Source of the DNA: Candidatus Freyarchaeum deiterrae
Lineage (GTDB): Archaea; Asgardarchaeota; Jordiarchaeia; Jordiarchaeales; Jordiarchaeaceae
Length of the DNA stretch: 64,000 nucleotides
Assembly: GCA_037305845.1 (NCBI GenBank)
Contig: CP147778.1
Span: 352,001-416,000, forward strand
Direction of reading: 5' to 3'
Part shown: piece by piece, positions 51,001 to 60,988 of the stretch
Layout: every line of letters starts with the position of its first letter
How positions within the stretch are numbered: the stretch's first letter is position 1
Made by a program: the position numbers and the translations under genes
The notes under the pieces: model-generated
The model's database searches: none
What the model saw: the letters and a program-made list of their open reading frames with translations, nothing else
Told to the model about the DNA's origin: nothing

Positions 51001-52680
51001 TTGGAAGCGTGTTTACCGTACACTCTCGGAAAACAAAACATTGCCTTTTTCACCATGGAGATAGGAGTAGATTGGGGGGTACCTACCTACAGTGGAGGTT
51101 TGGGCGTCCTAGCCGGTGACATTGCACGGACTAGTGCAGATTTAAACATTCCATTAGTCGCAGTTACATTAATTAGTAAAAAGGGTTACTTTAGACAGGA
51201 ATTAACCAGTGACGGCCGCCAGATAGAGCATCCCGAAGATTGGGATCCACTCAAATTAATGTCACCACTACCGGCAGAGGTTCATGTGCAGATCCAAAAC
51301 AGGGACGTTAGGGTTAGACCATGGCTTTATGAAGTAAAGAGTCTAATAGGGGGGGCCGTACCAGTCCTCTTTTTAGACACCGACATCGAAGGGAACGCGC
51401 CAGAGGACAGAGAGATTACGCACTTCTTGTATGGAGGAGATGAGAGATACAGATTAAAACAAGAGGTTGTTCTAGGAGTCGGAGGGGTGAGGATGCTTGA
51501 CGCTTTGGGCTTCCAAATTCGGAGATACCACATGAATGAGGGACACTCCAGCCTCCTATCATTGGAGTTATTACGGAAATATGGAATGGATTTAAATAGA
51601 GTTAAGAACTTGTGTATATTTACATCGCATACTCCTGTCGAAGCTGGGCAGGACAAATTTTCCTATGACCTAGTTAGGGAAGTAATGGGTGAGTTCGTTC
51701 CCCTAGAAACCCTGAAGAAGCTAGGCGGTCAAGACTATTTGAATATGGCTCTCCTAGCCTTGAACTTGAGCGAATACGTTAATGGAGTCTCCAAAAAGAA
51801 TCAGGACATATCAAGTCACCTGTTTCCTGGTTACCGGATTAACGCAATAACTAACGGCGTCCATTCTCACACATGGTCCTGTGAAAGTTTTAGCAGACTA
51901 TACGATAAGTACCTGCCCGGATGGGCTAATGAGCCGGAGCTGCTGGTAAGGGTTGACACCATCCCCAATGATGAAATATGGGATGCTCACGCAGAATCTA
52001 AAAAGAAGCTGATTGATTACGTTAACGAAACCACAAAAGTCGGCATGGATTACAACACACTAACCATAGGATGTGCACGAAGGATCACCGCATACAAAAG
52101 AACAACTCTAATATGCTCAGACATAGATAAATTGAAAAAAATAAATAAAAAGGGTAGGATACAACTTATCTTTGCGGGGAAAGCCCATCCCAGGGATGAG
52201 CCAAGCAAGAGGATAATTCAAGATATTTTTAGCCACATTGAGAAACTAAAAGGCACCATCAAGATAGTTTATTTACCCAATTACGACATAAGCCTTTCAT
52301 ACAGGTTGGTTTCGGGGTGTGATGTCTGGCTGAACACTCCATTACCTCCATTAGAAGCCTCAGGCACCAGCGGTATGAAGGCTGCGCATAATGGGGTGAT
52401 AAACTTCAGTGTTCTGGACGGCTGGTGGCTTGAAGGCTGGATTGAAGAAGTTACCGGATGGGCGATAGGACCACACCCAAATGAGCAAGTCTCAGAAGAG
52501 GAGCGTAGAACCCGGGAACTGGAGGACTTGTACAACAAGTTGGAATACGTGATCGTTCCGATGTTCTACCAGAGGAGAGATGAGTGGATAACTATGATGA
52601 AGAACGCGATAGCTAAGATAGCCTACTACTTCAACAGCCACAGGATGATGCGCAGATACATCACAGACGCATACTTCTAA
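51001..52680 (+). CDS. glgP: Alpha-glucan phosphorylase (short form), copy 3
   Basis: Same motifs. Near-identical tandem duplicate of copy 2 (offset 1748 bp). Confidence 0.94.
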   Translation: MEACLPYTLGKQNIAFFTMEIGVDWGVPTYSGGLGVLAGDIARTSADLNIPLVAVTLISKKGYFRQELTSDGRQIEHPEDWDPLKLMSPLPAEVHVQIQNRDVRVRPWLYEVKSLIGGAVPVLFLDTDIEGNAPEDREITHFLYGGDERYRLKQEVVLGVGGVRMLDALGFQIRRYHMNEGHSSLLSLELLRKYGMDLNRVKNLCIFTSHTPVEAGQDKFSYDLVREVMGEFVPLETLKKLGGQDYLNMALLALNLSEYVNGVSKKNQDISSHLFPGYRINAITNGVHSHTWSCESFSRLYDKYLPGWANEPELLVRVDTIPNDEIWDAHAESKKKLIDYVNETTKVGMDYNTLTIGCARRITAYKRTTLICSDIDKLKKINKKGRIQLIFAGKAHPRDEPSKRIIQDIFSHIEKLKGTIKIVYLPNYDISLSYRLVSGCDVWLNTPLPPLEASGTSGMKAAHNGVINFSVLDGWWLEGWIEEVTGWAIGPHPNEQVSEEERRTRELEDLYNKLEYVIVPMFYQRRDEWITMMKNAIAKIAYYFNSHRMMRRYITDAYF

Positions 52681-52754
52681 TTTAGATATCAAAAATACGC
52701 ACAATTGTTTATTTTAATGGTTTATTTTGTTGTGTTAAATTTTATTTTCTCTAC

Positions 52755-53315
52755 TTAGGGATAAACGCGTTTAATGTATCTGGGTGCCACATCGCCGCTT
52801 AAGTAAACCATGTTGGTTGCCTTGTAAAATTTTACACCGTTCTTTCTGGCTTCTTCCGCATTTATTTCCAAAATAACTGGGTTCGGATCTCTTCTTAATC
52901 CTACTTCTCTTGCTATCTCAATGGTTGGTGAGAAATGCACCCATCTTCTCTCCATCGGTTTGAGACCAAATTTTAGAATCCTAGAAGCAGCCTCCGGTGT
53001 CGTACCATGATAAAACATCTTAGTTTCCTTGTCTTCATCCAATTCAAGCTTTACGGGTATACTGTGGCCGTATAAGGCTCTGATTTTGTTTCCAATAATT
53101 TCGAATCTTTTTCTCTCGCTGTTCTCAACTATTTCAAGAATTGATTCGTTGTCGATTTGAAAGTGGCCTTTGAGTTTCTCTAAAAACATGTCCAGATCCA
53201 CAAACCCGTATTCATCCATTTTTAAATTCTCAGGATTGTGCCTGAGAAGGTAACTCATGTATCTACTGATTTTAATCTTTAAATCCTGTTCCACTTTGAG
53301 TCTCACCATACACAA
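52755..53315 (-). CDS. kptA: RNA 2'-phosphotransferase (Tpt1/KptA)
   Basis: SYLLRH, KRFE, IRALYGHS, YHGT and GLKPMERRWVH. Confidence 0.93.
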   Translation of the reverse strand: MCMVRLKVEQDLKIKISRYMSYLLRHNPENLKMDEYGFVDLDMFLEKLKGHFQIDNESILEIVENSERKRFEIIGNKIRALYGHSIPVKLELDEDKETKMFYHGTTPEAASRILKFGLKPMERRWVHFSPTIEIAREVGLRRDPNPVILEINAEEARKNGVKFYKATNMVYLSGDVAPRYIKRVYP

Positions 53316-53414
53316 ATTATTGAGTGCCTACATTTTAGACAGAATTACATTATGAATCCTACCTAAAAACTTATTTTCTGGAAAGCTAGTATTCACTTTT
53401 AATAAGTTCAAGAA

Positions 53415-54260
53415 GTGACGAGAATGGTTGCGTTTTTAGAGATGGAAGACGAAGTACAGATAAAATACGAAATTAGTGGGATGGGCAAGCCCGTAATTCT
53501 GATACACGGATGGACTGGCGGGATAGGAAATTGGATGCGGCAGGTACCCGAACTTTCCAAAAATTTTAAGGTGATAACCTATGATCACCGGGGACATGGA
53601 GAATCGGGCAAGCCGGAGAAAAACCTAAACCTGAACTGGCTGGCAAGGGATCTAAAAACAATTATTCAGAAATTAGACCTTAAAAAGCCAGTTGTAGTGG
53701 GGCACTCCATGGGGGCATCAGTAATTTTAGAATACATAAAAATTTACGGAGACCAGGATTTTAGCGGCGTTAGTCTAATTGATATGACCCCGAAGTTCTT
53801 GTGCAGTGACGATTGGAAAATGGGGCTAGGTGGTGCTTTAACTTGCGAAGTGTGCTTGTTTGTACTCTCCCAGCTTTTCACCAATGCTCAGGAAAACGCG
53901 GAAGCCAACGTTGTTATGGGATATCATCAAGACAAAAAACTGGAGGATCTGAATAAGAAGGAGGTTGAAACACTTAGGTTAATGTCCCTCAATACTTCCC
54001 TTTCTGCTGCTGCAGGCTTTTTTGTCAGTATGTGTATAAACGATTATAGAGATGTGCTGTCCAAAATACAGGTACCAGTACTCTTAGCCTACGCAGGCGG
54101 AAGCCGAGCAGACTCTAGGGAAGTTGGAAAATACATGAATGCAAATATTAAAAACTCGAAGCTAGTGATTTTTGAGAAGAGCGGGCACCTGATACTCTAT
54201 GAAGAGCCGGAAAAGCTAAACAACGAGTTGAAGAAATTCATTCAATCAGTTCAAAAATAG
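53415..54260 (+). CDS. Alpha/beta hydrolase
   Basis: LIHGW, YDHRGHGES, GHSMG and SGH. Confidence 0.9.
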   Translation: MTRMVAFLEMEDEVQIKYEISGMGKPVILIHGWTGGIGNWMRQVPELSKNFKVITYDHRGHGESGKPEKNLNLNWLARDLKTIIQKLDLKKPVVVGHSMGASVILEYIKIYGDQDFSGVSLIDMTPKFLCSDDWKMGLGGALTCEVCLFVLSQLFTNAQENAEANVVMGYHQDKKLEDLNKKEVETLRLMSLNTSLSAAAGFFVSMCINDYRDVLSKIQVPVLLAYAGGSRADSREVGKYMNANIKNSKLVIFEKSGHLILYEEPEKLNNELKKFIQSVQK

Positions 54261-54386
54261 TTATTTTTAATTCCGATATGGTCATTCTTTTTCCAAAAAT
54301 TTCGCATATGTGGAAAATTTGGGTATAGTTAAAAATTTTAGAAAAATAAAAGTGTTTGAGGGCGGGAGTGATGGCTTATCTTTTGC

Positions 54387-55079
54387 TTAGATTTCGAAGA
54401 TTCTTCCTTCGCAGTTTGGTTGGTCAAATTTTTCCAGACTGTAGTCAATGGGCTTTCCTGTTATCACGCTTATCCCTGCGGTGTTTCCCATTAGTACGAT
54501 GCATTCCTGTTGCTTTTTTAGTCGGGTTATTCCCTCGTTAATCATTCCTTTGCAGGCATCTTTGTAGGGACAGCCCTCAGATACATCTTGGAAAATAACT
54601 TGGTCTGATCCTTGTAACATGCGTTGGGATACTGTTGCTTTAGTTAAGATAGCCATTTCAATGTATGCTGAAAGGGCATCGAATATGTTTGTTATTTTAC
54701 CTTTGTACTGGTTCAGTATTCCAGAGTCTTCAATTATTTTTCTTATTGCTGTTGAAGCTACGCTTTTTGCACCAGAAGCTGTGGCTCCTTCAAACATTTT
54801 CTCAGCCTTAGCAATTCCAAAAAGCAGAGAGTTATAGCCCCTGGGGTATTTGCTCTTGCTTTCTGCGATGTACTTTACTACCTCATTTATGTCTTCGGTT
54901 CTCCCTTGGGGATTCTCACCAGTTTTGTCAGATTGGAACTTTAAGGCATACTTTGCAATCATTTTTTTAAAAGCTGGTCCAAAGATATCGCCGATTACCC
55001 TAATTGCTTCATTAATAAGAACTAATGCCGTGTCGAAATCGAGAGCTACATTTATCACCTTTTTTTCGCTTTCTAACAT
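54387..55079 (-). CDS. Hypothetical protein, possible V4R/methanogen-output-domain-like ligand-binding fold
   Basis: C-terminal GCPYKDAC...ECI...NC pattern. GAGGG upstream. Confidence 0.5.
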   Translation of the reverse strand: MLESEKKVINVALDFDTALVLINEAIRVIGDIFGPAFKKMIAKYALKFQSDKTGENPQGRTEDINEVVKYIAESKSKYPRGYNSLLFGIAKAEKMFEGATASGAKSVASTAIRKIIEDSGILNQYKGKITNIFDALSAYIEMAILTKATVSQRMLQGSDQVIFQDVSEGCPYKDACKGMINEGITRLKKQQECIVLMGNTAGISVITGKPIDYSLEKFDQPNCEGRIFEI

Positions 55080-55247
55080 TTTAAAACCCTCACTTTTTTT
55101 TATATAAATAATATAACATAGTTATATAAATTTTATATATAAGTTTTATGAGTTGGAGATAGCTCTGTATCGGCAAGTTTGAATGAGCATGTTACTAATT
55201 CTAAAAGGGAAATGACAAAAGACTTATTTTTTTAAGAATCTTTTTAA

Positions 55248-55721
55248 CTAAAAGTCAGAAGGTTCCCGGCTTATTTCCTGGTAAACCTCAACCGCCTGGC
55301 TGAGGAGCCCCTCAAAAAACGCCTCATCTAAAATATTTCCTTTACCTATTCCAGAACAGTCTGAAGAAGCTTTGAACTCAAATAAGTTACCCTTCCTCTC
55401 TATCCAAAAGGGAAAACACCTGCATATCAGGGGCCTAAAATCATAAATTTTGCAGGTTTTATCTTCATCCAGAAAAACACATTTCCCATCAACCATTCTC
55501 ATTAGAAACCTAAAAGGATGATAACCCCGAATCTTCTCCGTAAAGTCCTCTCTCTTGAATCTGGAATTTTTCTCTATCCTCAATGTATCGAGATCACTAA
55601 GGAGTATTCTCCTATCTCTCACCTCGGTATGAGCACAGCACCTAGAACATCTTTGACACTGAAACCTAATGCCTTTGGGAAACTTTACAACCTTGCTCAA
55701 ATTATCTACTCCGACCGCCAT
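55248..55721 (-). CDS. YkgJ/FliB-type cysteine cluster protein
   Basis: FQCQRCSRCC, CVFL, CKIYDFRPLICRCFPF and CSGIG. Confidence 0.88.
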   Translation of the reverse strand: MAVGVDNLSKVVKFPKGIRFQCQRCSRCCAHTEVRDRRILLSDLDTLRIEKNSRFKREDFTEKIRGYHPFRFLMRMVDGKCVFLDEDKTCKIYDFRPLICRCFPFWIERKGNLFEFKASSDCSGIGKGNILDEAFFEGLLSQAVEVYQEISREPSDF

Positions 55722-55876
55722 TTCGGCTAAAATATACAGATTCTTCACAACGATTAGGAAGAAGACATATTTTTTATTTTGGATAAGACTTAAATCATTT
55801 AGAATTATCTCTTTCATAGTAAAATATTTTGTGAGGAATAAGGGCTTGTTCATTTAGTATCTGAGGGATTAAAGAG

Positions 55877-57397
55877 ATGTCTGAAGGGGAAAAATTCAGA
55901 GACCTTAGTCCAATATTCGAACCCAAGTCTGTGGCTCTAATCGGGGCTTCAAACAATCCTCTCAAATGGGGTTGGGTGATTCTCTCAAACATCTTGTCTC
56001 ACGGTTATGGTGGAAGTGTTTATCCCATTAATCCGAAAGAAGATAAAATTTTGGGTTTGAAGACTTATCCAAATATTCTGCAGGTTCCCGAAGAAGTGGA
56101 TTTAGCAATCGTAGTGAGACCGGCTGAGGACACCCCTCAGCATATCAAAGAGTGTGTGGAGAAGGGAGTAAAATCCGCAATAGTTTTAGCCGGAGGTTTC
56201 CGAGAAGTCGGCAAGGAGGGGGAGAGGCTGGAGAGTGAATTAGTGGAAATAGCCCACAAGGGAAACCTGCTTATTGTGGGACCGAACACTATGGGTGTCT
56301 ACAGTGCTTCGGCGAGTCTTCTGGCTATAATGAGCCCCATAAGAGTTTTGAAGGGTAAGGTTTCCGCCCTCTCCATGAGTGGAAACATCGGAGTTAATCT
56401 ACTCTCCATGGGCAGCACGGAGAACGTGGGGTTCAACAAGTTCGTAAGCATAGGCAACCAGGCGGACATTACACTGGAGGAATACCTGAAATATTTCGGA
56501 GACGACCCCGAGACGAAAATCATTCTCCTCTACATAGAGGGTCTACGTAAGGGAAAAGAATTCATGGAGGTCGCAGAAGAAATAACTACAAAAAAGCCCA
56601 TAATAGTCCTAAAAGCCGGTAAATCCCTTGCGGGAGCCAAGGCTGCACGGTCACACAGCGGAGCCCTAGCCGGTTCCAACATGATCTATGATGCTGTCTT
56701 CAAACAGTCCGGAATCATTAAGGCGTCAACCATTAATATGCTGCTTGAACTGGCGAAGGCATTCGTTCACATGCCATTACCGAAGGGCAACCGGGTGGGC
56801 ATAGTTAGCTGGGGAGGAGGATACGGCGTCGTTGCAGCAGATGCATGTGATGACTCTGGGCTGGTAATCCCCACTCTTCAGGACAAAACAATAGAAGAAT
56901 TTGATAAGATACTACCCCCATACTGGAGCAAAGGAAACCCAGTAGATCTAGTAGGAATGCTGGACAGAAGCGTACAACCCAAAAGCCTGGAAGTAATAGT
57001 AAAAGACGAGAATATCGACGCAATCATAGTCTCAGGATTTCTTGTGGGAGGCAGCGGCGTTAAATTCGCCTCTCCAGAGACTCTGAAAAAGGGTGTAACC
57101 ATTACCGAAAAGGGTGTAACACTTGATGACAAAGGCGTTTCAATGGAAGTGGTGGCGCAGAAATGGCTGCGCATGTCTGATGAACAGAACATGGAAAAGG
57201 TAAACGAACTGGTGGAAAAGTACCAGAAACCAATCATAGCGGTAACCCTAACCGAGGACACTAGAGCAATACCCAAAGCGTGGGAAAAAAACACAGTAGT
57301 TTATCCCTCCTTGGAAGTTGCAGCGGAAGTTCTAGCCAAAATGTACGAATATAAAAAATATCTAGACAAGAAAAGTAATAAAACTCTAGTAAGTTAA
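55877..57397 (+). CDS. acdA: ADP-forming acetate/acyl-CoA synthetase alpha subunit (second paralog)
   Basis: PKSVALIGAS, GGFRE, VGPNTMG, SIGNQAD, ARSHSGALAG, GG.GV and NPVDL. Confidence 0.9.
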   Translation: MSEGEKFRDLSPIFEPKSVALIGASNNPLKWGWVILSNILSHGYGGSVYPINPKEDKILGLKTYPNILQVPEEVDLAIVVRPAEDTPQHIKECVEKGVKSAIVLAGGFREVGKEGERLESELVEIAHKGNLLIVGPNTMGVYSASASLLAIMSPIRVLKGKVSALSMSGNIGVNLLSMGSTENVGFNKFVSIGNQADITLEEYLKYFGDDPETKIILLYIEGLRKGKEFMEVAEEITTKKPIIVLKAGKSLAGAKAARSHSGALAGSNMIYDAVFKQSGIIKASTINMLLELAKAFVHMPLPKGNRVGIVSWGGGYGVVAADACDDSGLVIPTLQDKTIEEFDKILPPYWSKGNPVDLVGMLDRSVQPKSLEVIVKDENIDAIIVSGFLVGGSGVKFASPETLKKGVTITEKGVTLDDKGVSMEVVAQKWLRMSDEQNMEKVNELVEKYQKPIIAVTLTEDTRAIPKAWEKNTVVYPSLEVAAEVLAKMYEYKKYLDKKSNKTLVS

Positions 57398-57409
57398 GAT
57401 ACTATAAAG

Positions 57410-57799
57410 GTGGTTACAATGGAGAGAGAGATAATCGAGAAGGTTATGAAAACCCTTCAATCAATGAGTGACTTCAATAGGGTGGAGTTTGTGATACTCT
57501 ACGGTTCACAGGCAACGGGGGAGGCTTGGGCAGAATCTGATATCGACCTCTGCGTTTACTACAGAGCGGAAGAAAAGAAAGAGATGTCTAGGTTCAGACT
57601 AAGGCTTCTGACAAAGCTTTCCAGCGACAGATACGATGTACAAATTTTCCAGCTCCTTCCACTCTACATTCAGGTAGAGGTTTTGAAGGGAGAAGTGCTA
57701 TATGCTAAGGATCTAGACTTTCTCTACGAAATAGCACTAAACGCGGTTAGAGATTATGAGTTGTTTAAGCCTTTACTCGACGACTATCTCTACAGGTGA
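57410..57799 (+). CDS. mntA: Minimal nucleotidyltransferase (MNT) antitoxin
   Basis: LYGSQATGEAWAESDIDL (GSX10DXD). Confidence 0.9.
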   Translation: MVTMEREIIEKVMKTLQSMSDFNRVEFVILYGSQATGEAWAESDIDLCVYYRAEEKKEMSRFRLRLLTKLSSDRYDVQIFQLLPLYIQVEVLKGEVLYAKDLDFLYEIALNAVRDYELFKPLLDDYLYR

Positions 57800-58236
57800 A
57801 GCTCATGGTGAGAACTGAGATATTAATGATAAAAATGAAGGAAACTGAAGAGAGCCTGAAACTTGTAGAAGAAAATATGCCGAAAGACTTGAAGAGTTTT
57901 CTTAAATTGGGGCTGGTTAAAGATGGCATCTATAAGAGAATAGAGTTCTGCATACAAAACATTCTCGACATTTGTGCAGTGATAAACTCTGACCTGAAGC
58001 TCGGAGTTCCCTCTAATGAGGACAATATAGTAGAAAACCTTGTTAAGAAAGGAATTCTCTCTGGCAAAACGGGAGAGATTGTTAAAGGATTCAAAGGTTT
58101 TAGAAACTTCCTCGTACACAGGTATGGAGGAATTGATGATTCGATAGCCTTCGAAAGCATAGTGAAAGGGCTAAAGGATTTCTCTAAAGTTTTAAAAGAA
58201 ATAAAAGAATTCTTAAAATCTCCCCCAGAAAAATAG
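57796..58236 (+). CDS. hepT: HEPN/DUF86 RNase toxin
   Basis: GFRNFLVHRY (RX4HXY). Overlaps the mntA stop. Confidence 0.9.
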   Translation: MKLMVRTEILMIKMKETEESLKLVEENMPKDLKSFLKLGLVKDGIYKRIEFCIQNILDICAVINSDLKLGVPSNEDNIVENLVKKGILSGKTGEIVKGFKGFRNFLVHRYGGIDDSIAFESIVKGLKDFSKVLKEIKEFLKSPPEK

Positions 58237-58277
58237 CGAAGAAAGCTCAAGTATGTGGCTATCAGGACGCGGTGGTT

Positions 58278-58442
58278 ATGAAGAAGATGGAAATACCGGA
58301 TGCGGCTAAAAGGTTAGAAGAAATTTATAGAAAGGTTGATTCTAAGATCACCCAATATAAGGAGTTAAGTGACGAGGAGATAAACGAAATAATCCAAGAG
58401 TACAGAAGGAAGAAGAGGACTCCAACGAAGGTCGTAGAATAA
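58278..58442 (+). pseudogene. C-terminal half of an AbrB/MazE-type antitoxin (truncated)
   Basis: (DAVV)MKKMEIPDAAKRLEEIY...LSDEEINEIIQEYRRKK. The N-terminal DNA-binding strands are missing. Confidence 0.5.
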
Positions 58443-58462
58443 GGATTGTACTCGATACTTCC
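58439..58462 (+). pseudogene. Stub of a PIN/VapC toxin gene
   Basis: ATA-AGG-ATT-GTA-CTC-GAT-ACT-TCC = (M)RIVLDTS, overlapping the previous stop (ATAA in place of ATGA). Confidence 0.45.
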
Positions 58463-58539
58463 AAATCAAATTATTTAATCCCCAAAATTAAATTATTTTT
58501 AACAAGCTAAGACGCTGAAAAAAAATAAAAAGGAGAGAT

Positions 58540-60701
58540 TTATGCTCTGTGTCTCAACAGGACGACAGCAGCCACCGCTACCATCACAACAGCAATCGCT
58601 CCTCCAGCCAGCAACAGTGTGGAGACAGAACTCTGGCCCTGCGAAGAGGAGTAATAGAGTAGCCAAGGGGTTAAGTTAATGCCTGCCGCTTGAGGTATCC
58701 AGGTTTCACCCATTATTGTATTGACTGTGCAATTTTGGATAATCACGTTTGCCATATTGGGATAATTAGAAATCCCAATAACACTATTGATAGTGGATGG
58801 AGCCGACGTATTTCCAGTGCAGGTCAACATTGCGGAGTCATATACCGAAAAGATTACGCCCGTTATATTTGACAAGCTCGCGCTACACTGGTTGTGCAAA
58901 TAAATAATGCTAGTAGCTGTGTTTGTTGCGCTAAACTTGGAAAAGTCATATATATCAATTGTGTTAAGGAAAGTAGTGTTCTTCGCGCTGAGCTGAGAAG
59001 AGCCGTACGTATTAATTAGGCTGGCTATTGTGTTGTTTTGAGTGTTTAGATTTGCATGGTCGTGAAGATATACATTGACTGATGGAAGATTTCCACTAAT
59101 CGTAGCGGTATTTGTGCCAACAACCGCTAAAGAGTTCAGGGTGGCATCTCCAGAACCTAAATAATCCCAGCTAGTTGAGTAAATCCACGGACCACCAAGA
59201 ACGCCGTTGACAACTGACACGTCACCATTACTCCTCGCAGCGACGCCGACATTCGTGATAGGGAATTGTTAATAGTCATAACAGAAAGATCATAACCATA
59301 GAAGTCGGCCATTGCACCACCAGTTGCGGACACGTTTAAAATGTTTACAACCGACGAATCGTAGCTGTTCACAACGAGAGACCTCGTACCTGTGAAATTA
59401 ACGTATTCCACATCTATCGTAGATTGATTTTGCGCATTGAGTGTTAGATCAGTGCCACTTAAAAGTGTGTTACTGTTCTTGAGTGTTCCTGAAGATTGGT
59501 CAGCCAGATGCACATAAGCTCCAAGGCTGGCGTTTACGTTCTGTAGACTGAGACTAGAGTGTGCCAAGCAGTAAATATCAAAAACTGAGATATTGCTGTT
59601 TTGGAAAGCCATGTTAGAGTAATCGGTGCATTTAACAACTAGAAATATTGCCGAGGCGTTGTTCAAGTAGATACTTGAACTGTCGTAGGCTTCTATTCTT
59701 AAAGATCCTGCCGTATAGTTTTGCAGGTAAACTTTTGAGCTGGCGTGGGCGAACACATTCCATACAGTGTTGTTATTTGTTATGTTTACGGTGGAGCTGG
59801 CGAGAGCACAAACACTATTGAGAAGCGGAGTCGTAGTCGAATAACTGCCGTTTGTTAGGGTGGTGGTGTTTCTACAGTTACTCAAACCAGTAGGGGGCGT
59901 GGTTCCGTTAATGATGAGGCTTCCTCCATTGCAAACAAGACCGTAGTCGAATGATGCCGTAATCGTTGAGTTGTCTACCGTGATGTTTGTTGCTTCAGAA
60001 CTCCATAAACTGCCAATTGTGCAATTGTTAGTTATTTGTCCGGTTGCGAAGTTCCCGGCATTAAGAACGCTTACTTGGCTGTTGTTAGTTATCAGCATTT
60101 TTGAAGAATCTAGGGTATTAAGAAGGATTACCGTGCAGTTATTGGCGTTCAGGTAGCTGTTATCATAAAGGGTTAATACGTTACTAAGACCACCATAAGG
60201 TAGCCGGGATCCCGACAGGTAAATTCTTGAATTGTCGTAAGCAACCATGTAGCCTGTTATGTTGCAGTTGTTAGCGGTTACCACAGACGAGTTATAAGTG
60301 AATACGTCAGAGAGAGTAGAATTTATGATGGTTACCTGGGAGGAGTCGTAAATATACAGTCTAACTGGGGGGGACATATAGTTGGTGTTGTTAATGGTGA
60401 TCTGGGAGGAGCCGTAGACGCTTATCCAGTTTAGTCCACGAGCTGTGGGATTTGTGTTAGTTTCGGTGGTGTTGGTGAAGGTTCCATTTAGTACGCCGTT
60501 GTTAATGGTGGCCACGCTGTCCATGTATCCTATACCATCACCCAGACCGGTTACGGTTGAGTTTGTGACGTGTATGAAGGGGGCGAGTGTAACCTTTTCC
60601 ATGGGACTGGAGGCTACAACGTAGTGTGACCCTGCGAGAACTGGAGCAATGCCTAAGCAGAGCAAAAGTACAATAAGAACTGATACAAGTGTCTTTTTCA
60701 A
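58540..60701 (-). pseudogene. Secreted beta-solenoid surface protein with C-terminal TM anchor, split by one frameshift near 59260
   Basis: ORF 59157..60701 has the signal peptide and YDxSxxxxxNS repeats. ORF 58540..59220 continues the same repeats and ends in a TM plus RHRA. Confidence 0.75.
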
Positions 60702-60928
60702 TCCTTTTTACTCCCCAAATTTTTACTCAAATCCTAGTTTATAGGATAGGGTATTTTCTATTCTTTCTTTTAATAAAAAAGGTTATCTGTTGCGGCATCT
60801 ATCTTCTAATTTATTTATATTCCTTTTTTAGGCGCCTCTCTGGTTTTTCTTGTATAGCGGCTCTGATTAGTTTGAAGCCTGCTTCTTATTTTGAATACTT
60901 TCGCCCACCTCTCCCCCCTATTTCTATG

Positions 60929-60965
60929 TAAGCTTAAACAGAGTTTTTCTCAAAATTAAGCTTAA
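60929..60965. promoter_or_regulatory. Two TAAGCTTA palindromes upstream of the PolB2 cassette
   Basis: TAAGCTTA at 60929-60936 and TTAAGCTTAA at 60956-60965. Confidence 0.3.
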
Positions 60966-60988
60966 AAAAATCCACGCTGAGGATTCCA

